A DNA stretch of 64,000 bases, from positions 25,047,899 to 25,111,898 of the forward strand of contig OZ316891.1 of the NCBI GenBank assembly GCA_973895155.1. Direction: 5' to 3'. The DNA comes from Marsupella aquatica. Taxonomy: Eukaryota; Plantae; Marchantiophyta. Positions 54,701 to 64,000 of this stretch are shown piece after piece. The position numbers and the translations under genes are program-made. How positions within the stretch are numbered: the stretch's first letter is position 1; the number at the start of each line of letters is the position of its first letter. The notes beneath the pieces are model-generated. The model ran no database searches. It was not told the DNA's origin and saw only the letters and a program-made list of their open reading frames with translations.

Positions 54701-55548
54701 CCGCTGGCTGCCCTTTAGCTTAAAGAACTTCGCTGGAACCTCAAGAATCGCCTCAGCTACTGATCTAAGCCCTTCCTCGCTGAGATATAGTTTGGTGATG
54801 TAGTCTCGCAGCTCGTTGTAGCTGGAATCCTTGGTGATGGCTGTCCTTTCGCAATTAACCAGTGCTACCTTGGTCACTAGCTTCGCGTATCTTCGTTCGT
54901 AAGCGGCTTTCTCGGGACAAGAGTACCAGTAAGTTTCGGAGAACTTAGCACCTACCTCGCCAAACAAGGTCCAAAATCCCAAGGCTGTGAGGGTCATACT
55001 AACCTCATAGTCCGGTTTGAGTCCGCGTTCCCACCCGGCTGGTCCTCTTTCTCGTGGAGGCCTCGCTCGTCCTGACTAAATCTCGCCACATTCCGCTCTT
55101 CTCCCTCGATAATCTCCTTGTAAAGGTCGACTCGATTCGATCAGCAGGGCAAGTGGGTGGCAACGTCCGCGAATTCAAAAAAGGGTAGACATGAGCAAAT
55201 GGCCCGCAGCACCATCGGCTCCTCTCTTATGGAGGTGTCAGGATGAGCCCGAGCGTGAGAAGGCCAGGCCGTTTTAGTCATTGATAACAAGCTGAAGTCG
55301 GCACCTCGGTCCAAGCGTGATTCTTCTAACTGATTTTTACTCCGCTGCCGCCACCGTACCTCGGTCGTGCGTAATAATCCTCTTCCTGAACTCATAATTA
55401 TTCGGTCATTTTAACCTACTCCTAATCTATTCATAATGGCAACAGACGGCTACATGTGCTATTCTACGCTATGGCTACGGTCCTAATGCCCGTATAAGGC
55501 CTAATCTACGACCTGGGTTCCGTTAAGTGACACGTTACCCGTGTCACA
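51738..55548 (-). mobile_element. Solo LTR (3811 bp), family 3
   Basis: TGT...ACA termini with an AGGGT TSD on both sides; no gag or pol. Confidence 0.92.
52720..54997 (-). pseudogene. Decayed LTR-encoded ORF, family 3
   Basis: NGYKQGACTNLTCMERLNFIRTTLHMIEPRSEI aligns with family-2 NGFFRNTCTNPHIGEMIDFLRVTMHCNLPRAEI; Pro-rich linker; coiled coil at 52720-53298. Confidence 0.85.
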
Positions 55549-55783
55549 AGGGTCGATAGCTTACTATAGTACTCCAGGTTGTGCATCAAGATCCGCTTAA
55601 TTCGATTGGCATCTAGGATCCAGGAGGGTTCCACAACTGCTTGTCCTAGCCTGAAATAAAAGAATGAAATGAGAACATATAAGCAGTGCCAGGCGCTCGC
55701 AAAACATGGCCTCGGAAAGTTATGCTAGAAAGAATGAACAATTCATAATGACTCACAAAGTTCTGCACAAAAGGGTATCTTAC

Positions 55784-56520
55784 TGGTTAACGGTGTGCAT
55801 AGCCGCTTCAATTTCTATCAGCGAACCCTTGTCGCCATTGAAAACAGTACAAAGCACATGCGGGTGGTACTTTGGGTTTTCGGGACTCTCTTGAGTGACA
55901 AGAGTCCACGAGTAAAGCCTACGGTTCCCATCAAAAACTGAGAACATTCTGTCCTTCAAAACTAGAAAATCTGGGTCGGCAACACATTCTTCCTCGAATT
56001 TCTCGTTCTCAGATGTCCATATTGGATCCCAACTCTCACGAATTTCTTGAGTACAGGTGAGAAGCGCTCCCTCAGCATCGGTAGGCTGAACGTAAAACCT
56101 CATTCCAATCAAAGAATTGTATCCCATGCTACGGAAAGAGTCTTTTAGCTTGTCAATGGAAGAACTGTCTTTCTGTAGAGTTCGGACAACCTCCATACGC
56201 AACAATCGACATAGTGGAATTCGTGGAGGCTCTTTGTCAAACCCTCTGAAATCCTTCCCAAACAACATGACATGTTTCGAAATAAGATCCGTCTTGGAAA
56301 ACAAAACATCTTGAATCGCAAATGTGTCAAGATTCTTCATCTTCTTTCTCGCTGGTTTGGCAAACAAAATACTTGAGATTGGAACAAGCGATGCGGTGGA
56401 CCTTGTTACTCGACGCGTATACACTGAACCAGAGAATGAAGACTCAGAAGACTCACAATACCCACGATCCTGAGCCCCAACCACACTATACCCCCTCGAC
56501 GAGGAGGGGATTGCATCCAT
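55784..56520 (-). CDS. MULE accessory gene, exon 1: ParB/sulfiredoxin-like domain
   Basis: IPLCRL...VVRTLQ...IDKLKDSFRSMGY and FSVFDGNRRLYSW match the ParB-N layout (R......i..L..Si...G; (I/V)DGxxR). Donor GTAAG at 55783. Confidence 0.7.
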
Positions 56521-57444
56521 CGTCTTTACGATGAAAGGTGTACGAACGGAATCCTCACGACTAATTACCAGTTCTCCGTACCATATTAACAGTTGCGTCC
56601 ATATTATATCCGATCAATGAGCGCTATTCCCCTCTTTGTAATCGGTTGGAGAGACGTTACTCATTGCGAACGACAAGATTCAATTTAATTTATCAGTGAC
56701 GGAAAGCGACAACTTAGAAATTGCGATAAGTATTAATGTGAACTACGGTAAAATGTTTGCGTGATAATCACGTTGAACATTAGTTACCGTTAAAAGTTAC
56801 CGTTGTCTCAGCACCTTGCAGACAAACATGCAATGCCAGCGCCGGGTGCTAACGAATAAGAGACTACCAAATTGAAGAACTTATTGGTGAACAAATGCTA
56901 GCGCCCAACGCTAGCCATTTGAATAATTTCATTAACGTTCTTTTAAGCAACATATATTGTCAACAAATTCCTAAATGTACCTGTTTCACCTGTAGTAACC
57001 AAACTTTACTTAATATTATGAGATTAAGTTTATTGTATCAATACCAGCGCCTGGCGCTAGCAAAAAATTACTGTATTTGCATCAATATTTTGTGTGTAAT
57101 TATGCTAGCGCCAGGCGCTAGTCAGAATACTTTTCAAATTATATCATTGTTATTCCAATGGCTTTTAGGTAGCGCCCGACGCTAATGAAATGGACGCACT
57201 TGTATAGACTACTATCTAGTCGTATTCATGTAATAAATATTCCTGACACCCGCACTTGACGGGCAAAAATGACAAATGTATCATTTATGATTTCAACGGA
57301 CACAAAGTTGTGCGTGTTCTATGTCGTATTGAAACATCTCTTTCAACGGCCGATGGTCCTTGAAGGGTGTTATAAGCACAAGAAATACGGTTGGGATTGG
57401 TCTATTGCATGAATTACTGCTGGCCTAAACTTCTTTCGTCTACA

Positions 57445-60400
57445 ATGTCGCGCTCAATTGTTATTACACGTGCTTGTACCCGGGAAGTCGTCAAAGTTCC
57501 CATGCAGGAATCTGATACTTACAGGCAAGTAAGCGAGAACTATCTGTGCGGAAGATTCGATTTGAGAATCAATGACATTCTGTCGATTGTTCCTGAGGTG
57601 TCATCGAGTGGAGGACATGACCCAGATGCGGCATTTGATGTGGATGACGGAATATGTTTCTGGCACATGAATGTAGGACTTCGTTACATGCTTCATGTCA
57701 GACCTACTCCTCTTCAATCGGTTGTTCAGGACATTCCGCCCCAGGTTGTTGAAATATCTGAGAGTGAAGATGAGGAAGTTGCGCCCAATCCTCCTGAGAA
57801 GCACAAAGCTCCAAGCTCTAGTTGCCTTAAGAGTGAACCGGTGGCCACTTTCGGAGATGTCCAGAAGGTTTACCGGCGGAGTGCAATGGACGCCTTACTC
57901 AAGGCCACAGGCCATAGTGAATTGTCAATATTTATCTCGGCAGGGGACTTTCGACACGATCAAGTTCCTTGTTTGCCAAACAAGTACAATGGAAATATTG
58001 TATTTGAATTGCCTCCCATTGTGGGAATGCAGTCCAAAGGATCTAGACTTCGTGACATGGACCGTGCCAAAGATTGTTACATTTGGACCAGGATTTTTCC
58101 GACGACCGCAAACGTGCAACCAAAAAAACTTTGGGAGTTTGGTAAAGTCAGTTGTACTGGGTTCGTCGAGTGCAGGAACAAGTCCTGTGAATATTTTTTG
58201 CGAAAGAAGAGATGCAATTCTAAAGCGTGGGCTGGTACCCCTAAGCTTAGTGGCCAGCATGTGGTGGGTTCGCTCATTGAAGAGGGTGGTATAGTATGTC
58301 ACTACTGTGAAAAGATTCCTTTTTGTGTGGACTCTTGCCCTGCTTGCTTGTTCTATATGTATCCACAAGTCCTACTTGATACAGAAACCTAGTCACATGT
58401 CTCGGCTCGCGGTACATATAGGTGAACATAATCATCCGAGTAGAAAAGTTTTCTCGAGGAGTGCTGAAAAGATGGCCGAGGACTTAATAAAAAGAAATCA
58501 CAAAGCCAATCCTCTTGCAAAACCGACTGGGATTTTGAATTCGGCGACTGGTTTGCTTGTGAAAGCTCTTTGCGAGAACGTTGACGACATCGTAGATATT
58601 GAAGAAACCGAAATTTGGAAGTCTCTCATGGTTCTATCTACTCCTCAGAAATTTGCGTCCCTTTGTCGCAGCGTTCGAATGGACCAGGCTGGTCGTGGTG
58701 AGTTAGATTTCCTAGCTCGAATGCAAAGGTCAAATAATTTCTTTTCTCCAAAGGTATCTTCTTCCGGGTCAGGGTTGTTTAGCAGATCGTCCACACATAT
58801 TCAAAATGTCAGTCAAGGGTCATGGATCTGGTGTCAATCTTTTACGTCAGATGCAACCTGGCGGAAGACTGGAAGGGGCTTGGGTGAGTTTTGATGTCAT
58901 GAAGCGAGTGATAACCGACTGGTTTACTTTTAGCGCACACGTTTACGATCACAACTTTCGAGCTCTTTGTACAATATTCACATGCGAACTAAAAGCTGAA
59001 GACACAGAGTCCTTTGAGAAGGCATGGAGAATTATGATAGAGGTTTCTAAGGAAAATGGGTTACATGAGGTTACCATTCAAGGTTTTATGGCCGACAATG
59101 CTCAGGCTGGATGGATTGCCGTTTGCAATGTCTTTTTTGGGGGTCACCCAGACCCTGAACGTGAATGCTTCGATGCATTCCACTTTTACCAGTCTTTCCA
59201 TCGACATTCCACAGAGGGAGTACTCGAGGGTAGGCAACCTGAACATCTAAGACTGTGGGAGAAATTGCGAAATGCTCCATCATTCGTTGCTGCGTACCGA
59301 GTTTCTAGGGAGATTGTGTTATGGTGGCAAGCAGGCAACTGTGTTCCAGGAAAACTGATGATGTTGCAGAGTTGGATATCATGGTGGGTCGTTCGATGGC
59401 GTCAGTGGGGGAATTTCATTTGCGTGGTAAGTTTTATCAATGTTTACAATAGTCACTTCGCCAGGTTTTTTACTAGCGCCAGGCGCTGCTTTTAACTGTA
59501 CAGATGCCAACATTATATTAGTACATCATACACAATGCTAGCGCCTGGCGCTGCTTTAAACTGTACAGAGAACTTTGCCACATTCATGACTTATGAACAC
59601 TTGATAATACCAACATTACATTAATGTATATTATATACATTGCTAGCGCCTGGCGCTGCTTAAACAAATTGACTAAAGTTGGTCTAGATCCACTTCATTG
59701 TAGAGCAAAAGTGCAGAAGAAGGTGCCCTCATTCCAAACTGTACAGGTTCTGAGTCAAGGCACGCTTCAATGAAAGCATGGGCAACCAAAAAATTGGTGG
59801 GCCTCTTCGAAGCATGCGAAGTTGATCAAAATCGGGCTATATCTCAAGTTGCAGGTTACAGTGCATATCGAAAAGGACTCGATAGAGGGAAGGGGCCAAC
59901 TATCTGGGAATTGGCATTCCGTTCGGCAGACCAAGCAGGTTCACCCAAGTTATTCGAAGAGGCCACTAACATGATTCTTTCCAACTCTGCCAATTTTGAT
60001 CTGGGTAGGAATTCTCCTCTGAATGGAGATATTGTCACCAAATCGGTTAAGAGGAAGGGACTTGCAACTGGGATTGTCTCGCCACAAGACTCCCATCGGC
60101 ATGACACCATTCTCATCACTACCCCAAATACTCGAGGATTCAAACGGAAGAATCTCAACAAGACTGAGTTCACTTCCATTCCCGCCAATGTAGTAGATCT
60201 TGTAGTAGACCTCTGCGGGAGTGACACTTCAACAAGTGAAAGCTATTCCCTGGCAAACACCCTTGAAGCCACGAGGGAAACAACATCATCTCAACAACCA
60301 CGCAGTGCCCCCGCTGTGGTTCAACGTTTGCCGACAGAATCAGCTCCATTGGAAATGGATGTTCCAAGAGGAAGCTGGCATTTGAGACGGATGGCCAAAT

Positions 60401-61229
60401 ATGGGGCTGGGCCACAGTGTAATGGGACCTTGCATGGAAATTCTGACAGAGATGAGTGTCAAAATCGTGTCAAGAAAATAGGGTTCCATTCTGTTGCCGG
60501 TGTTGTCGGCATTGTTGTCAACGGACATCGCATTTTTAGAGGAACTCCCATTGCCGAAATGATATGGTTCTGCCCAAACAGCACATGCTACAAGAGCCGC
60601 CCGCGTCGTGGTGTTGAACGCCTTCCTCCTGTGCCGGACATCTTGCCAGTTGTGAAAGGAACAAACCTCTTGCCTAGCGAGATAGAGTACCTTCAAGCGC
60701 AGGGAGTCTCTATGGTCCAAACAGCTGCGCCCTCTCGAACTTGAACTGCACCATTTGCATTCGACTTGAGAATCAATGTTAACACATTTCCAGAGAAAAT
60801 CAATTTTGCGGAGCCCAACGTGCGCCTTCGTAGCAGGAATGGGAGGAACTCCAGACCTCGCTCTAATCTAACTGTGGCTCATAGTAAACGAATGGAGTCG
60901 GCTCAAAAAGAAGCTATGACTCTGGATGGAGAGTGGGATGTGATTAGTGGAATTGCTTATGGGAAACAATTCAGAATACGGACTCACGAGACCTTCGATC
61001 GCCAAACACTTACTGTGTCCAAATGTGCATCTTCCCTACTTGTTCCTGTGAGGATTTCTTCCGTCGTCATTCCCGCGGCAAGCCATATATGCCCTGTAAA
61101 CATTTGTACTGGGTGTTCATAAATGTCTTCAAGTTTCATGTAGAGGAGTCTACCCTGTGTAGCCAGTCGATTTTGACAGTTGGAGAAGTCAGACTTGTGT
61201 TGGAGAGGCACAACGCAAATGGTTTATAG
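57445..61229 (+). pseudogene. MULE/Mutator DDE transposase with GCM/WRKY-like zinc domain and C-terminal SWIM finger (disrupted)
   Basis: C..C....C / GEHNHP; VSFD...FMADNAQA...CFDAFH; in-frame phase-0 intron 59427-59703 joining to NCTGSESRH; CSCEDF...PCKH. Three frameshifts and one in-frame stop. Confidence 0.88.
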
Positions 61230-61949
61230 AGGGACTCGATTTATCCTTAACTGTCGTATTCCATAACGGATACTATGTTGTTTTGTCTTTAGTCAACGGA
61301 TATTACTTTAGTTTTTTATGTGGTTTTGGTTAGCGTCGGGCGCTGGTCAATAACTTATTTATGAAATTTTGTTTTTTGTGGTTAGTGCCATTGGATGGTT
61401 CCATAAGCTTTTATTATCGTCCCATTATTCTGCGTACTTAATCCTTTGTTAGCGCCTGGCGCTAGTTTCACACTCTGCCTGACATATCCCTATGTTTCCG
61501 ATAACATAATTCAGTCCACAACTGGCTTTGTGGTGGGTCCCGCCTGAGCATACTCCATTCCTCCATGGGTATTATGGTTACGATTTTTTTAACCACACTA
61601 ATGAAGTATATGAACTAAATGAAGCATTTAAAAGTGGACTGTTTAGAAATGTTGTTGTATATAAACAGCAGTGAATTGAATGACAACCCTTTTTTATCTA
61701 TAATCTGAGCAAGTGACAAGGGATTGGAACCTCTCCGAGCAACTGTGAGCACACTTTTCCCTTATATCTGACGTCGTGTCTTATGCCAGTAGGAATATTT
61801 TTAGCTTAAATATGTGGTTGTTCCTTACGTGAATTTTTGAAAAACTTTGCCAAATAGTACACCTTTACAATAACAATTTCCTGTTACCAGGAGAAATTAC
61901 CTGGTAACAGGAAAACTGTTTCCTATTTCCTGTCTCCACTGCTATACCC

Positions 61950-63720
61950 TACCACCGTATCCAAAGGCAAATGGAGCCTTTTTTTGTCTCTCCAAGAAGT
62001 AGCACAACACCAATGGAAGGCTGAACATCATCCTTTGATCTAATTGTACATGTCATGCTTGTGCTGGTGTTTCAATGGGGAATATTCTATTTTGCAAATG
62101 AATAGTGGCGGGATACTCCAGGAGGTAGTGTAATCTTTATTGGGTCATTTATGAGAAAAATTGTGTCATAAATGCCAACAACTACAACTAGGGTCATTAA
62201 AATGGTCATATGGGATGTCATATAAGTCAAATGACTAGACTTGTGGTCATTTGAGGCGTCCCTAATGCTGTCATTTAGGAAAAACAAAAATGACCAGTTT
62301 GGGGCTAGTGGCTAGAGGGACGCCCTAGAGTGCCATATGGCCCCACATAGGGCTTGCAACCCGTCCACTAGGTGCTGGACACTCTACTTACTATTCCCCA
62401 ACCACTACTTGCACCATAATTAATGTTGAGCCATGTTTTTGCGTTTAGCTAAGGCATGGAAAAATGACTCCCAAGTCATACAACTTTGGAGTGATTTGCC
62501 AAAAGCGTCATCATGGATGAATATCTTATATTCCAAAGGAAAATGGAGCCATTTGTTTTGTTTGTCCAAGAGGTAATGCAACACCAATGGAATGGGCATG
62601 GTTGTGGTGCTTCCCTCTATGGTGCATGTGCGTGCAGGTTCAAGGTAGAAGAATATTCTAATTTTGCAAGGAATCTAGGGCGGGCTCTTTTTGGAGGTAC
62701 TAGGGCACAAGTTGGTCATTTATAAAAAAATGGTGTCATAATTGCCAATGACTACAAGTAAGGTCATTAAAACAGTCATCTAGGATGTCATATAAGTCAA
62801 ATGATTGGACTTGTGGTCATTTGAGGCATCCTTTGTGCAGTCATTATCAAGAAGCACAAATGACCAGTTTGGGGCTAGGGGCTGGAGGTTGGCCCTTGAG
62901 TGCCATGTGGCCCCACATAGAGCTGACAACCCCTCCACTAGGTGTGGGACACTATACTCATTATTGTCCAACTACTAGTTGCGTATTGAACACCTTGGAA
63001 CCATGTTTAAATGCGTTTACTTAAGGGATGATGGAACTTTGGAGAAATCACTCCCAAGTCATACAACTTTGGAGTGATTTGCCAAAAGTTGTACCATGGA
63101 AGCATACCATACTATCCAAAGGCAAACAAAACATATTTTGTCTCTCCAAGAGGAAGTGCAACACCGATGGAATGGGCGTGGTCATGGTGCTTCCCTCTAT
63201 GGTGTGTGTGGATTCAAGGTAGAGGAATATTCCACTTTTTCAAGGAATCTAGAGAGAGCTCTCTTTGGAGGTACTAGGGCCTTCATTGGATCATTTGTGA
63301 ACAATGGCGTGTCATAAATGCCTATGATTACAAATAGGATCATTGAAATGGTCATATGAGATGTCATATAAGTCAAATGACTAGAATTGTTGTCATTTGA
63401 GGGGGTCCCTTGTGTAGTCATTTAGGAGAAGCACAAATGACCAGTTTGGGGCTATGGGCTGGAGGTCGGCCCTACATAGAGCTGGCAACCTGTCCACCGG
63501 GTGCATGACACTCTACATACTATTCTCCATGCACTACTTGCAACATAAACACCTTGGAATATGGGGGTTCTCTTTTGGAGGTACTTGTGCTTCATTGGGC
63601 CATTGATGAACAATGCTAGGTCATAAATGCCAATGACCTTATATACTTAGTGTCATTGTGGCTATGAGGAGAGAGGTTAAAATGACCAAATTGGGCCAGG
63701 GCTAGAGGTCCTATACTTGA
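61950..63720. repeat. ~577-bp satellite array, right part
   Basis: Resumes in register with the unit broken at 31187; copies become more diverged toward 63700. Confidence 0.92.
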
Positions 63721-64000
63721 CAGTCGCCCAAACTATTATTTTACCCAACAAATAGTCTCCCTTATGAGGGTTTGCGTCCTCCATTCTACAAAATCTCCCT
63801 TATGAGGGGTTGCGTCTTCCATTCTACACTGTGATTTGTGGCCGTGAACAATTTTCTAAAAATAATGCAACATTGGTGGGATACCATGTTTTAGACTTTG
63901 TCATGTAGATCATTTAATTAATGAGCAGGGTAATAATAAATCCTTTGTGAGGGAAAATCGTAGGTCTTCTAGCAATTTGGAAGTGTTTACATTGACTGTG

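Larger units (their letters stand above)
50507..55650 (-). pseudogene. MULE accessory gene, exon 2 (frameshifted; interrupted by the solo LTR at 51738-55548)
   Basis: Acceptor TTTCAG at 55651 and donor GTAAGT at 50506; overlapping ORFs 51469-51702, 50852-51562 and 50436-50936 in shifting frames. Confidence 0.65.
31190..61949 (+). mobile_element. Mutator-like element (MULE) with weak TIRs, ~11.4 kb before nested insertions
   Basis: The satellite breaks at TACCACCG(G) 31181-31189 and resumes at TACCACCG(T) 61950-61958 (8-bp exact, or 9-bp with 1 mismatch, TSD). Termini GGGTAT...ATACCC share inverted GACAGGAA, AAACAGTT and CTGTTACCAGG blocks. Encodes a DDE/SWIM transposase. Confidence 0.85.
27440..64000. 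mobile_element. Left end of a CACTA (En/Spm) element; right end not seen
   Basis: CACTAGAAGAAAA at 27440 coincides with the abrupt end of LTR homology and is followed by dense ATGAC/GTCAT subterminal repeats. No matching TAGTG+TAA was found, so the extent is inferred. Confidence 0.6.

Noticed and set aside
63648-63652. TAGTG as the right CACTA terminus
   Set aside because: Not preceded by TTTTCTTC and followed by TCA rather than the TAA TSD.
63757-63828. ~35-bp direct duplication TCTCCCTTATGAGGG...CCATTCTACA
   Set aside because: Real, but only two copies with no interpretable context.

Overview
This is a eukaryotic, almost certainly land-plant window (seed-free lineage suspected, by inference only) made up entirely of nested transposable elements, with no clear host housekeeping gene. 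(1) Three distinct families of Ty3/Gypsy retrotransposons have giant 3.8-4.7 kb LTRs, each carrying a long sense-strand ORF (conserved central domain plus coiled coil) inside U3. They include a complete 15.5-kb element with a GTCAC TSD, a pol-deleted copy, a solo LTR and older fragments. The main family appears to express RT by a -1 frameshift (G GAU UUU plus pseudoknot) after the protease. (2) A CACTA terminus at 27440 is followed by an 83-bp repeat array, a MITE and a ~577-bp satellite. (3) Inserted in that satellite is a weak-TIR Mutator-like element (about 31190-61949; ~11.4 kb once two nested LTR insertions are removed). It carries a DDE/SWIM transposase and, head-to-head with it, a spliced accessory gene fusing a ParB/Srx-like domain to a beta-class N4/N6 DNA-methyltransferase-like domain. 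About 23 copies of a palindromic 13-mer, AGCGCCNGGCGCT, were found only in its introns and other non-coding DNA. This ParB-MTase plus parS-like-site arrangement is the best candidate for an undescribed system. All domain calls are by-eye motif recognition, not database results.
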